Shown here in pieces: positions 1 to 15,941 of a stretch of DNA of 64,000 nucleotides. Made by a program: the position numbers and the translations under genes. The DNA comes from Chrysomallon squamiferum (Eukaryota > Animalia > Mollusca), in the NCBI GenBank assembly GCA_012295275.1, contig CM022676.1, positions 9,548,001 to 9,612,000 of the forward strand, given 5' to 3'. Positions within the stretch are counted from its first letter, which is position 1. Each line of letters opens with the position of its first letter. Under the pieces are notes generated by a model. It was not told the origin of the DNA and searched no databases. It saw only the letters and a program-made list of their open reading frames with translations.

Positions 1-36
<36 letters not shown>

Positions 37-538
37 AATAAATAAATAAGGAAAATGGTTTATTTATTATTATATTTTTTTCTAAATTTAATTTAATTTA
101 ATTTTTTTTTTTTTTTTACATTGTTGGTGATCAGTGACCGTGAAGGACATAGTACCATGACGTCACAGCGAACATGCATTATTCAGTAGAATGATATCAC
201 AGCCAACGCCCAAGTTACATTATTGTGGCGTGATGTTCTTAGCAATAAATACAAGGTCACATAATTATAATTATACTAAACTTTATTAAATAAATGAAAC
301 GTGAATAATACGGATAATAATGAGAAACTTTGATATTTCGTCAGCAAATTATTTAATATAAGCGATAATGTAAACTAATATTCATCAACTCAAGATACAA
401 TATTATATCTTAAATCGAAATTTGATTGCCAGTAATTAAATACTGTTTTGAAAAGACAGGTTAAAATAAATAAATAAATAAATAAAATGAAATAAAATGA
501 AATAAAATGAAATTAAATCAAAAAAAACGAGAAAACGG

Positions 539-572
<34 letters not shown>

Positions 573-1344
573 AAAAGTTTAAGATGCACCTAAAAACCAG
601 CGAGTAAAATTTTATCTTATTTGTACACAAGGGCGGGTCAGAAATTCCAGGAAGGGGATTGGCATGATGATGTCAATTAAATTGTTAAATATATAAGTCA
701 ATAATTAGACAAATAAATAATTAAATAAATAATTTAAGGTAAAAAAAATAATAATAATAATAAAAATAAATAATAATAATAAAAATAAAAAATAAATAAA
801 AAAGAATAAAAACAGAATATATATATTTTTTTTTTTTTTAAATAAGGAGGAAAAAAAAGGAAAGAAAAAGAAGGAAGTAGATGTTTACGGGCATTTTGCA
901 CGAGCCTCACGCGTTTATATGCGTCACCTGATTGTTACGTCAGAGTTCGTTGAACTCGTCCTGCAGTTCGATGATTGTGAAGAAAGCAGAAAAAACGCGT
1001 GCCTAACGTCTGTTTAATATATTTCTGGCGTGTTCCGTTTTTTTGTTTTCTTTCTTCTTTTATTTTCGTTCTCTTGCTGAACGGTTAATAGCCGAGTAAT
1101 GTAGCATAACCATGCGGCATTATTGTTAGTCATAGGATTATTCCTTTGGTACCCCCATTATGTGATTTTTTCCATTCTAGAATGATGTTCTGGTTTTTCA
1201 AAGACCATAAAAATTACACACACACACACACATATGTATGTATCTGCGTCTGTGTTTGACGAGTAATAACAAAAATATGTTGAACCATAGTTAAAGACAT
1301 CTGCACCGACAGAGCCTACCCCAGTCGCATATTATCAAAAAAAA

Positions 1345-1376
<32 letters not shown>

Positions 1377-1974
1377 AAAAAAAAACACACAAGCGGATTA
1401 TACTAAAAATTTAAAAATGTATTCCTACGTCAGATCAAAGTCGCTGGCTGTTAGTAGTTATTAATTCATATTTTCTCAACCATCCACTGTCGAAGATGTA
1501 AAAACTGCCATGGAAACGGGACGCAGCGCCTGCTGTGATGTCACAGCGGAGGAAACGAGAGCTGGCGATTTGCTGGCAAGTCCTGCCCGATTATAGCCGA
1601 TCAGCGTACGAACGCGGCGGGTGACGTAACCGACACAGCGCGCGCCAAGTGAATGACCTCACGTGCACTGTCATTCGGCGATTGTTGACAACACACTTTC
1701 ACGTCTGCTGGAAGATGATTGTAGGCAGAGGCGTGTCTTTATTTAAAAAAAAATATATATATGGACGTATTACGTCTGCTTCAGTTTAAAAAATAAAGTA
1801 TTACCGGTTTTGTTTCTAACTTTGAATGACTGGATCCCTATGTAACTTTGTAACTATGTAACTATGTAACTTTACCAAAAGTGAAATGGACCCAAACATA
1901 ACGGTAGCAACATCAGTAACAACAAAACAAAGAACAAGAACTACTACTACTACTACTACTAATAATAATAATAA

Positions 1975-2005
<31 letters not shown>

Positions 2006-2761
2006 AAGAAGAAACAAAGAAATAAAGAAGATAAACTCAATAAAGAAAGAACGTAAACGGTTATTAACAATTTTGTGTAACACAACTTTTATGACTTGTT
2101 AAATTATTTTTTCTTCCGTATTTTAAGATCTCATAAATATTTATGAAGCGAAATAAACGAATGTGTGAGAACAGCTCAGGTTTGACCCTACGACCGTACC
2201 CACTTAGAACAGCCTATTTAATCGGTTAACCGTACATACCTTGTCGTTTCATGAGACACCGATATGCCATATTTTTTTCCTTCCTAATCGGCTTTTGTCG
2301 GGTATAGTCTGGTATACGTTTCATGTACGTAAGGTTACAGATACTAAGTACTGTCTCGATTTATCCTCGATTATTCACGAGAAGACAAAGAAAAATGCGA
2401 TCTAGAAAGTACTATCTACAGTCAAAATCTTACGGCAGACTTTCAGAAAGAAAGAAAATAAATAAATAAATAAATAAATAAATAACAGTAATGGCGTTTC
2501 CAATATATTTCTGTTAAGTTCTGTCGTTATTATAGTTGGGGACGAAATGAAGAACAGTGATAAATCAAAGAGTAAATTGAGGTAATACAAATAAATAAAT
2601 AAAGAACGAACGAAAGAAAAATATTTAAAAATCCGGTCGGCAAAAATCGGCGAAGTTTATTAGTTTACTCCTCAGTTTTCTTCGTCTGTTTCCGCGTATG
2701 AAAAAGGAAACAAAATAACAGGTGCTACGGTTAGGGACCGTGGGGGGGGGGTGGGGACAAC

Positions 2762-2827
<66 letters not shown>

Positions 2828-3740
2828 AAGAAGAAGAAGAACAAGAAGAAGATGAAGAAGAAGAAGATGATGATGATGATGATGAACGAAAGAAAGAAAA
2901 CAATATTTAAAAATTAACAGAAAACATCCGAGAAAGTTCTCTGCTTAAAAAATATTTTATTTATATTTATTTTTTATTTATATTATTTTTATTATTATAT
3001 CCCGCCTCAAAAAAAAAAAAAAAAAAAAAAAATAATAATAATAAAAATAATAATAAAAACAAAAAAGAAAAAGAAAAAGAAAAGAAAATTGAATAATCGA
3101 GCACTTTAAAAATGATTTTTATTAAGAGTGCAGTAAGAAACATACAAAAAAAGGCACTTTTCGTGTTGTATAACAAAAATAACAACGACGAAAGAAATAA
3201 ACAAATAAATAAAAATTGTTGGAAGACGTTCGAATTAGAAAATATTCCGTCTAATGAATACACGTTTTGCGCATGCTCTTTGCAGAAAGTATAAATCTGT
3301 GTCAGGGAGTATTTCAAAGAGGCGAAAAAAATAAATAAAAATAATAATATACAATAATAAAAAGGAAACAATCATGTGACTTTGGTAAAAAAAAAAAAAA
3401 AATAATAATAATAAAAAATAAAAATAATAATAAAGTTTAACAAAAGAATTTAAATTTTAATGTATTCATTTATGATTCATTACTCCTTTTAAATACAAAT
3501 AATAATAATAATTAAAAAATTAAATTAAATAAAAAGTAATAGAAAAAATAAAACATAAAATTGATTGCCGTAAAATAATTTTAAAAATTACACCATTTCG
3601 TAACTATAACAAAAATGGAGGGACTGCCTATATGCGTATTACTGTCAGGAATAAAATTAGAAAAACTATGAAATCATCTCTTAATAAAACTGACCCGGAA
3701 TTATTCCAGGACATTTTTCTTCTCTCAGGAATCACGTGCG

Positions 3741-3794
<54 letters not shown>

Positions 3795-4691
3795 AAAAAG
3801 AACTTATCTCCTACGAATATTTTGTAAAATTGAGATTTAAATAAAATAATAACATATCTTTATTAAGGCTGTTATAACTGTCGTTGTTGTTGTTGTTACA
3901 GAATATAGGACACAGAAAAGTGCATGCAGGTTATTTTTACAAATCTCGGTTTCTCGTTTGCTGTGAAATGAAAAAAAAAAAAAAAAATAAAAAAAATAAT
4001 AATAGAATAAACACATCTCGCACTTACTTACAAAAACACAATGTCACAATCGCGTAACTTTGCAAAGTTCACTTATCTACGTACACGATCGTAAATTTCC
4101 AACGAAACACACATAACAGTATCCAAGTCATCCTGAAGTTTAATTCTCCATCAGTCGTTTATTTAAACACAAAACTGTAATTTCTCTTTCTCCACACACA
4201 AAAAAATAAAAATCCTGAACGCTCTCTCTCACCAGCTGACTGCTTTAAAATCCGTACGTATGAGAATAAATGCGATCAGCATACCATAGTGCACTGTAAA
4301 CAGGCTGGCCTTGACCTTGTATGCTGAAAAGAGGTTAACAGAAGGGGCCATCTCGAAGGTCAACAATAACGTTCGTTTTGGCGAGATCTTTTTGTTGTTT
4401 CGAGTATTTATAGGTCGTCCGATCCACATCGGTCAAATTGGGACAAGTTATTGTTCTTTTGTTTAATACGGTAACAGTCTGCTCACAGTTTACGAAGGCT
4501 TGGTTTTATAGCGTTTTCGATGACATCTTTATGTGCGTTATTTATTTAATTTCTTGTTAACCTGTATTCACGTATTGGTTATGGATGGATGGATGGACTG
4601 GTATGTTTATTGATGTGTGTGTTTGTGTGCGCGTACGCCTTTGTGATAATCAGTATAATTATTACACACACACACGAAAGAAAATAAAAAT

Positions 4692-4744
<53 letters not shown>

Positions 4745-5059
4745 ATATATATATATATAAAGGATGTATGTGCTAAAATAATTAGAAGTGTTTGTTTATT
4801 CAAAGTATTAGCAAATACAAAACGTACGTGTTAAGTACCAGTTCCTGCCCGTGGTGTTCTACCTACACTTATTAAATTGTCTAAAAATAGCGTGACTGAA
4901 ATATCGTGTCAAAACATATCGCAAGTCAAACACAAGATCAACAAATTAATTATAAAAATAAATGGAGCAGAAACACACGTCACCAAAATAGCTTGAGGAA
5001 AAACGTTTTGCTTTGCCTAGCAATTCATAAACGACAGTCTCAAGGCCTAATTAATATTC

Positions 5060-5136
<77 letters not shown>

Positions 5137-6050
5137 GTCTGTGTTTGGGTGCATCCGTGTGTGTTAGTTTTGTTTATGAATTTGCTTGGCTTTGCGAAAT
5201 GTGATCGCAAGCTATTTTGGTACCAAAAGAATCAAAAGGTCACAGAGATCAAATTTCTGTATGATAAAAAAAAAAAAAAAAAACAGTTATGAATAAAAAG
5301 GTTACGACACGCTGAAACTAACAATAAAAGATTAATTAAATAAATAATAAATATAATAAAATAATTTAAAATATAACCAAATAAAGAATGAAATAAAGTG
5401 TAAAATAAATAAAATAAAATAAAATAAAATAAATAAATAAATAAATAAATAAATAACCTTTCCGCTTATTTAGCTTCTGGTATAAATCATAATACTGTAT
5501 TTATCATTCATTTTACTTTCGTTTTCTAAACGAATGATTAAATAAACGCCTATTTTACAAATCTATTTTACAAATCCCTTACGCATTTAACTGAACACTT
5601 ATTAACTAGATTAAACACATGTTTTGTGTATAACGATAACCCGGATGAAACTTGCTACCCCCAATGTAAAACCCATGCTTGACAAAAACAAAACAAAAAA
5701 AATCTTCGCTGCTAATTCCCATAGAGTTATTTTTAAAGTCTTATATCATGGCCACTGATTTGACTCTGGTTTGAATGGGAAAAACAGCCTAATGCAATCA
5801 CCCAGTCCGTCTGTTAGAATGTGTGCTCTGACCACTCGACTACAGACTGTTCTGAGCAGTCACAGAACTAAAACCTCTTAGTACAAAGAAGTCAGATTCT
5901 AGAGTTAAGTGCCCTGATAGATTTGTAATATAGACTGTTATTAGATACATGAATACTTCAGTTGACATACATTTTATATATATATGTGTGTGTGTGTGTG
6001 TGTATGTATATATGTGTATATATATGTATATATATGTATGTGTGTGTATG

Positions 6051-6084
<34 letters not shown>

Positions 6085-6819
6085 TATATACATACACACA
6101 CATACATACGTACATGCATACATGCATACAAATGTTTAATTTAGTTAATAAATGTTCAGTTATATGAAGTTTATTTGAAAATATAATATTCGCACATAGA
6201 TAAACTCACATAAATAACCGACAGATAATTTGTCAGAAACGCACACGCACGACGTAAAATAAATGCACTCGCTCTTTGACAGTTCACTACATACACATCA
6301 TTATATATTCAAATATATATGCACAAATGCAACGACGTAAAAATAAATGCGTTCTCTCTTTCTCTCCTTTTAGATTTGTCTCTCTTCCTCGAACGTGCAC
6401 GTGCACATACATTTGCAAACACAATCATGCAAACATGATACACGTACATTAAAAAAAAAAAAAACAACAAAAAAAAAAAACAGCGTTCTTTTATCGTTAT
6501 TTCTGAATGGAATTCTTTCTGTCAAAACAAACATCATTTTTCTTTGTAGATGAACGCAATTCGCGGTAAAAGAAAAAGAACAAAAAAAAAAAAAAAAAAA
6601 TATGACGTCACTGCAGTATGCGCCGATAAACAATTTTCGTCAGAACTCTATCAATGGCGGTTGTGTCTATATTTAACCTCAGCGGTTAAGACTACTATAA
6701 ATATTTCAAATAGAACATTAATTTAATTGTTCTGTAATATGACTATTACTAGTACTACAATCACAATCCTACATCAACATGAATTATTATTATTTTTAAT
6801 TTAATATTTTTATTAATAA

Positions 6820-6861
<42 letters not shown>

Positions 6862-7814
6862 AAATTATATTATATGTATGTACTGTTAAACAACAACGTA
6901 TCCAAAAAAAAAAAAAAAAAAAATGTTTCTAGGGCCTATAGTGGTGACGTCACAGTACTGCATGATGCAATAAACGTTATCATAACAACAAGCAAGTAAA
7001 ATATTTATACAATTTCCTCGTTTGTCGTTTTAATCCGCAAAACAAAACAAAGCAGTAACGTAATGTGACCCCGTATCGTGACACCATGACAACCAAATTT
7101 CACTATTATGACACATTAGGTATGTAAATAAATATTTTGATTTCGTCATATTTGTTCTAACCCCGAGGCATGCATATTTCACTTTACGTTTTTAATACTA
7201 GAAAGTTAACAGATTAGGCAATGTAATATAAACACGACTTTTTTTTTTCTTCTTTTTTGTTTTTCCGTTTTCCTTTTTTTTTTTTTTTTTTTTTTTTTTA
7301 ATACTAAAGAACTTTTTAATTTAATGTTTAAATTACACAACGATAATTATAATTCGACCATAAACGATAATTTTATATTACGTCATACGTCAACGATTAT
7401 TAAAGGGGACAAATAACAGAAAGAAAAATTGTAATTAAATTAACAAATGTACATATATATATCTGGCATTAAATAATGTTTTGGTGCGCATGCGCGCGTG
7501 TCCGGGAGTTTCTCAGAGACCGCACGTGTAATGACGTGCGAACTATCACGTTATTCGTAAACTTACTTGCTTAGGCGTACTTGTGCGTATGCGTGCGCGT
7601 GCGGACAGAGAAAGACAGAAGAGGTGACAAAAGAGAAAATCTCAGAAAGAAATAAATAAATCAGGTTTATTAAAAGAAATGATTTACACATCTTAATTTT
7701 TATTCTACGAGGACGCAGAAACAAACTTACATGACTACGTTACAAAGAAGTTAATTAAAAACAACCAAAACATTACTTACGTCTAATAGTACACACCTAC
7801 ATATCAGAATATAA

Positions 7815-7860
<46 letters not shown>

Positions 7861-8301
7861 CTGAAGTTAACGACCTGTTAAAACTGACCGAGACAAAACA
7901 AACATGCAAATAACGCATGAAATAATCGTGCACACTGAAAACCGCAATAATCCGGACTCGACGGTCACGTGACACAGAGTCGCGGCCTATCAATATATAT
8001 ATATATATGTCAATCAGTTGCTTTTGTGATGTAGGTAATTTACGAAACCAGGGCGCGCGCTCGGAGATAAAAACGAAGATAAAGTGAGGCTGGAGGAGTA
8101 GATTTTGAGAACTGGACAGACACTCGAATACTTCTGTACTCGGTACGTGCTCGTCGCCTTCGTTGCTTCGTCGGGTGACGGTAACGGGGTACGACAGGTC
8201 ACGTGACCCACTCGTAATGTGATACGCTGTGTGTCAGTGTGAACTGGGTCAAGGTTAAACTGATAATCTCATAAGTAGGAATTTATATATATATATATGC
8301 A

Positions 8302-8335
<34 letters not shown>

Positions 8336-8409
8336 CATTTTTTTTTTTCCCTACTTACATTCATTGGGGCGTTTTTAAGTCTAGTGGACTCATACGAAAA
8401 CTGTTTCTA

Positions 8410-8447
<38 letters not shown>

Positions 8448-8540
8448 TCTGTATCTGAATGTATCTAATTTATAGATAAAAACCAATTTATTACTACACA
8501 GACCATTTATAATATAGGCATTACAACCAAGTACGTAAAA

Positions 8541-8617
<77 letters not shown>

Positions 8618-8714
8618 TTTTTCTCTCTCTCTCTCTTTTTTTTTCTCTTTATTTTTAACCTCTCCATTCTCTTCTTTTTTTAAATCAGGCATATCTCATA
8701 TATTACCATTCATA

Positions 8715-8798
<84 letters not shown>

Positions 8799-9585
8799 TA
8801 TATACGATATGCTACGACAACAGCAGGAATCGACAGCCAGTAACGTCACAACGTCATATTTCCCACTTATAATTAATTACTCGAGTGGACACAACAATAT
8901 TCTGTCTCAGACAGGTGAATGAACTACCTGTAAGACAGTGACGTAATCTAATCACGGTTACTATAGTTATATCTACACGGCAGATTGTTCACGCTAACTC
9001 GACTAATAGCTGCTAACGACCTATGACGACAAAAAAAAAAAAAAAAAAAAAAACATGGCGGAATTTGATTTGCCAGTTCAGCAGAAAAGAAAAGGGAAAA
9101 AGGCAGACGAACTTGAATTGAAATATTTCTTACGACTGTTATTTAAATGGCGTCATTGTTTGATGTAAAAAAAAAAAAAAAAAAAGAAAAGGAAAGAAAA
9201 GAAGTTTTATTTAATAAAATAAAGATGTGAGTATAAATAACAAAAATGGAAGTGAAACCACGAATTGTATCTATCTATGTATCTATCAATCTATCTGTCT
9301 GTCTTTAAATTATGTAAAAATTAACAATAATAATACATCTCAAAAAATGGAAAAAAACTAGTTGAGAAAATAGTTTAAATTAAAAATAAAACAAAACAGG
9401 AATAAAGACAATATACAGCAGCGATAATTATAATATCATTAAATCCAAAAACACAAAAACAAATCAAAAAAATAATAATAATAATAAAAATAAAAAAATA
9501 AAAAAAAAAAAATAAAGAAAAATAATAATAATAATATCAAGAAAAAAAAAAAAAAAAAAAAAAAATAAAAAAAAAATTGAAAAGG

Positions 9586-9621
<36 letters not shown>

Positions 9622-11811
9622 AAAGAAAAAGAAAAGAATCCATTTGAATGCAGAGTCAACATTCTCGACGAAGGGCGGGGAAAACTAAAAATGATCAGGT
9701 TGTTTTTGCCGCTTAACGTCTTAAAGAAGGTCATTTACCTTTTTCCTGCACGCGCTGTGTTTTTTTTTGTTTAACAGACGGCGGTCGCAGATGTGGTTTG
9801 TTTTCGAATTTGCCAGCTGAACTGACAACTCGCTTCTCCCGCATCGATAAGCCTGAAAAGCTCGGAAATCTAATATACAGAAATAACCAGTGCTCTTTGT
9901 GTGCCATGCAAATCAAAAAAAAAAAAAAAAAAAAAAAAATTTAAAAATTATCAAGTAAATATGAGAGAAATTTGATTATAATGCAAACACTAGATGGATG
10001 GATATGTACGTAAAAAGATCTTATAATTATTCTTATTATTCTTCTTATTTTTTTTTACTGTTACATTAAGCAAATCATATATATATATATAGTATAGTAT
10101 AGTATAATATAGTATGGTATAGTATAGTATAATATAACATTATAAATGGATTAATGGCTACAAGTACACGCGCACCGAAGTAACACGTGTTTTCACTTTT
10201 GTCACCGATATTCTAAAGCCAGAGGGGAAAAAAAAAAATTATATATATATATATATATTATATACATTATATGAACAGTCAATTTAACTATTATTTGACC
10301 GATATTTTTCTCTTTCATTAAGTAAGGATTAACGACTTCTTTTTTTTTTTTTTCTTTTTTTTTTTCGCTTTTTTCTCTTGTCCACTGCTGGCATGCGTAG
10401 CGACAAAAGTGGGCGTGTTTAATTTTTGGCAAGCGACAATCAGAGAAAAAATGTTAAGACACGCCTGTCATGGACGTAACGTTTGAAATCACAAGAGTTT
10501 CGTACGAGACGTAGTATGGAATTTATCTGTTATATATTAAAACTTTTTTTTGTTTTTTAATGATGATGGTAATAATGATGTAGTAAAAGCAGCTTCTGTA
10601 ATAGTGCTGACGGCGGTGATGGTAGTAGTAGTGGTAGTAGTAGTAGTAGCAGCAGCAGTAGTATTAGTACTACGAATAGAACTGTGGCAGTGGCAGTAAT
10701 ATTAGCAGTAATGGTAGTAGTCGTAGTGGTAGTGTTGATGGTGTTCATCGTCTACTAATAAGGGTAGTTGTGTAGTAGTAGTAATAGTTGAAGTAGCAGC
10801 AGTAGCAGCAGTAGTATCAGAACAGCAGTAGCAGCAGTGACAGAGTATGAATAGAAGTAGCATGAAGAAGAAAAAACGAGCTTCACAACAGCTAGCTCTG
10901 ATTAGCACGTTAATTTTTTTCATTCAGAAGAAGAAAAAAAAAAAACCACAAAAGAAAATGAAACAACACATTTCCAACGGGTTTGGCGTCATTGTGTACA
11001 TTCTTGCTACTTCTCTCCCCGTTATTATTTATTACCAGTGCAAAAAGAGCGCCGGTCTTCCGTCTCGTCTGCTGCGCATGCGCGCACGATTACCGACAAC
11101 TGTCGTTGAGCGTCGCTCGAGTCTGGATCCATCGTTTATGACGTAATTTCTGCGAACAGGTAAAGCCGGAAGAGAGCGAAACGCACTGTTCTCTCACCTG
11201 TTTCCAGCAACAACAGTTCCGTAACGACAGTTCAGCGCCTGGAAACCGCTCGGAAGGATTAATTCGAGTCTCGTTAACCGAGATGTGTCGAGGACATCTG
11301 CAACTCGCCAATGTTTTGTAAAAACGCAGATCCGAAGTCAGTACACGACGACAATCGGGAAGTGATGGGGATGGGGGAATGGTGGAGGGATGGGGGAATG
11401 GTGGAGGGGTGGGGCTGTGTATCTGTTCGGGGTGGCGGGGGTGTTAGATAAGACTAGGGTTTTTTTTTTTTTCAATCGATTCAAGTAATTCATTATAAGA
11501 TCGACGCTTGGCCATAAGCTGCAGAAATCTTTAAGAGGTGGTTTGACAGAGAATGATGACGCGTAATAATTGGGTACGAAATTTATAGAACTCTAGGGCC
11601 CTAAACAATGGCATTTTTTAAATCTATCTATCTATCTATCTATCTATGTATACATATATATATTTGTTTTCTTTGTTTTGTATACATTTGACACTTCGTC
11701 TGGGTATGAAAAAAAATATATATATATATATTTGTCTTTCATTTTAGATTCTATACATTTATAAACTTCTATATTTAGGTCGTTTTCTTTTCTTTTATCT
11801 TTTCTTTTGTT

Positions 11812-11866
<55 letters not shown>

Positions 11867-12646
11867 GATCCTTTGTCCATTGCATTTTGTTGTTTTTTCG
11901 GACAGAATTCTGAAACGCTCCAGATTCTACGTGAACGCTATGGCAAGGCTATTAGTTTCAAGGTTAGGCTGAAGTTTGGGGTTGAAGGATAGAAGGAGCA
12001 GGTAGTAATTTAGTTTACTTGGGTATAATGATCACTGGAAATGTTTCATTGAGTAACAGTTTTACTGAATCAGTTAATCACTGATCATCATCATTGTTAT
12101 CATCATCATCGTCGTCATCATTACTGTTTTGTTATTATTGCCTACAAGTCTGTATCTTTCGTTTTATGTTTACCAAGCTTTGTATGCTTTCGTCTAAACC
12201 TTGTGTTTGTTTCCATTTTCTCTTCAGTGTATTTAATTCATTAACTTCAGTTAGTTAACCATTTTTTCATTAGTTTAATAAAAAGTGAGAAAATAAAAGA
12301 AGAAAAAACGACTTATTTTCTTTTCATCCGCTTAATTAATTCCTTTATAATGTCATCATTTCGTTCATTCATGTATCATCCCTGTGTTTTGACTGGTACT
12401 GATTAATGGTCAAAGCAGACGATAATCCGTTTTAATCCTTCCAAAATATCTTGTAAAATGACAACAGAAAAAATTGTGTTATTATAAGACGAAAAAAATA
12501 AAATAAAATAAAATAAAATCTTCTGAATAGTAAGAATAACTGATGTATTATATTTTGCTGCAGAAATAATGATTTGTAGCAAAACAAAAAATAGTAATAA
12601 TAATAACAAATAAATAATGAAATAAAACAAAGAATGTAGACGAAGA

Positions 12647-12712
<66 letters not shown>

Positions 12713-13369
12713 AAACAACGTAAAAAGTAAATTTTCATTTTACTTTTAAAACATTTAAACGCTTGCTCTAACAAAAATAATACCATTTCGTATAACCTTT
12801 CTTCTTCTAAATAAAAAAAAAGTAAATCAGGTCAAACTATAAAGTATGCCAATAATTGCAGACGACCAGGTTCGCCATTTTGAAAAAAAAAAAAAAAAAA
12901 ATTCCTCGACGTCACAAATTGCCTAACCTGTCAAACAGTTTCAAGCTAGAAACCCGCTGACGTTGCACAATTTAACCTTTACTCTTAATGTTCAAGTTAA
13001 TTTGTAATGGACACTGACTGAGACAGTCAAATTTAGTCTGCGTTAAAAGTCACGTGACAGATGTCGAACCTGGCATTTAGGATAGTCATGTCCTGGGCGT
13101 ATACAATGTAAGATGCTAATAGGCTACGCTCAGATCCTGCGATTATCAGGTCAAAAAGTGCTTGAAATCCAGCTGCAACAACAACAGCGACAATAGTAAT
13201 AACAACAGCAATGGCAACTGTAATAATAATAACTACAACAGCAACGACAACACCACCAACAGTAATAAGAAAAAGCATAAGTTGAAGGAAATAAGAAAAA
13301 AAACAGAAACAAAAGAATAAAATAATAACGATCATGATGAATATATATAGATATAGATTATATATATAT

Positions 13370-13412
<43 letters not shown>

Positions 13413-14196
13413 TATCAACAAAGAGACTCACAGACATTTAAAAATATTTTAAAATGCAACACTAATAATAATAATAATAATAATAACAGTAACAGCAATA
13501 ATAAAATGTAACAAGTGAAATGAAAATTCTTATAAACTTTAAGCAAATAAAATAAAATAAATAAAATAAAATAAAATAAAATAAAACAAAACAAAATAAA
13601 ATAAACAATGAAGTAATAACAAAATTAAAAAGGCCACTGGCGTAAAAAAGTGGGCGTTCGCCTGATGCGGTCTCCGCGCATGCGCGAATTTCACAACATG
13701 CACGTAACGCGCATACCTGCAGAAATAATAAAAATTCACGTAAACATAATGTTTATGCAACAACGTGACCTTCGCCACGTGCAGCGTGACACGACGAAAT
13801 CATAAAAAAAAGAGAAAATTAACCTTGACCTTTCATTAATATACATGCCACATTCTTTAATAAAGAGAGCAACCGTACATGCTTTTTAGGAAGAACAAGA
13901 TTTTCAAGAATATTTATTTTTATTAGGGCAATGACTGTTATTTATAGATTGCTTAAAACCTCTTTAAAGTGTGTTTACAGTAATAAAGTTCTGAACTACA
14001 TAATTAAAATATTTACACTGAACGATAAATCTTTGTCACTCGTAAAATACGAAAATAGTTAAATTAATGAAAATATAATTTAATAAAAAAAAAAAAGAAT
14101 GAATTAAATTATATTAACAGATGTAGGGGATGGATGGATGGATGAAAGGAATTGAGAGAAAAAAATGTCAATAAATAATTGAATGAAGACACCCAT

Positions 14197-14255
<59 letters not shown>

Positions 14256-15502
14256 ATTATTGGGTTTATAAAATTAAATCTTTATCATACTGGTTTTTTA
14301 AAATTACATCTTTTTCAAATGAAATAAAAGAACTTATAAAATATGATAAGTTAAAGAAGAAACAAATTCTATCCTGAAAAAAAAAACTGAACACAGAAAT
14401 AACAAACTGAGACATTTTTTTTTTTTCCTTTCATTCTTACACAAGCCTTGCGTCACGTAGACAATATTACACAAGCGAAAGGTTTCCACTACATAATGGG
14501 AGATAACTCGTCACTATCATTTAGTACATTGATTTGAGAGGCCCATATTAGGTTGGATTTCTTTCTTCTTTTTTATTTTTTATTTTTTTATTTTTTTATT
14601 TTTTTCTCTTATTCTTTTTCAGTATAAATAAAATCGAAACATATTCTTAAAGTGGTATCTTTTTCTCTCCCCAATGTTAATAATTATATGCGCATTATTT
14701 CAAAGACAAGCAATTAAAGCTTGATAAAAAGTATAAATAGTTTTCTGTGCAGACGTAAAATAAACGTTTTACAAAACCGAAAACATAAAACTATGCTACA
14801 TATAAAATATATTCTCATTCTTCTTCTTCTTCTTATTATTATTATTATTGTAGTAGGAGTAGTAGCAGTAATTAAAATATTGCAGTAGTAGCTGCATACA
14901 AATAAATACAAAAAAAAAAAAAGAAAAAAGTTAAGTAAATACGTATTATTTATCTATTTATTTAGTCTCAGTATTATTACTACCATAACAGTTTAATATG
15001 TAAACTATTTATAACATAACACGAAGCTTGTATGTAACGGGAAATTTATCTTATTGATTTTTCCTTTTTAATCAGAAAGAGAGATAGATTTCGAAGAGTT
15101 TTATTTATAAGTTTTCAGAAACCTACTTGGCTGTTTCCCAGGCTTGCTATAGATTTCTTTTTCTCTCTCTCTCTTTTTTTCTTTTTTCTTTTTTCTATCA
15201 GAATTTCTAGGTAAAGAATAATATACATTTTTTATTTATTTATTTATTTTTTTTTTTTGTCTTCTGGAAGTATGCACTATACAGAATACAAACAAATAAA
15301 TAAATAAATAAGAAGATAAGGATGAAGAAATGATGACAATGATGATGAAAATAACGATGAAACTGTAGTTAAATGGCGACAGTAAAAAGAAAACAACATA
15401 ACGACGAAAAGTTACGACGTAAATGCTGATGATGTAATTATGCAAACTCCATTCATTAAACTTTCCATATTTTGTCATTGCCTAAAACGATATTACGGAA
15501 AT

Positions 15503-15560
15503 GAACGAAGCTGAACGAAGTTGAACGAAGTTGAACGAAGTTGAACGACTTTGCACGAAC
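15503..15560. repeat. 10-bp tandem repeat (TTGAACGAAG), about 5 copies
   Basis: Directly visible, with degenerate ends. Confidence 0.9.
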
Positions 15561-15798
15561 GGAAATTTAATTCTTCTGTGTAATTAAGTAACGTGACAAA
15601 TTTTTGTCCTTGTCAGCTAAGCTGACCGGGCCTGTTTACTTTTCTCATTAGCGGTGACCATTACTGGTCAATGGCCTTTATAATACCTACATTTCACTGG
15701 GCACATTAAAACTGGACGGTCCTGAAGGTTTATACAGTAAATAATAAAACCTATAATCATAATCAACTTCATTATTATTATTATTGTTATTATTATTA

Positions 15799-15836
<38 letters not shown>

Positions 15837-15910
15837 TACAATAACAACATTAATAATAATAATAAAAAAAGATATTTTATTATAGATGGATATGCAGACA
15901 AAAGAGGAAT

Positions 15911-15941
<31 letters not shown>

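Noticed and set aside
5790-5848. tRNA-like A-box on - (TAGTCGAGTGGTCAGAGCAC)
   Set aside because: There is no B-box or cloverleaf; at most it is a decayed SINE head.
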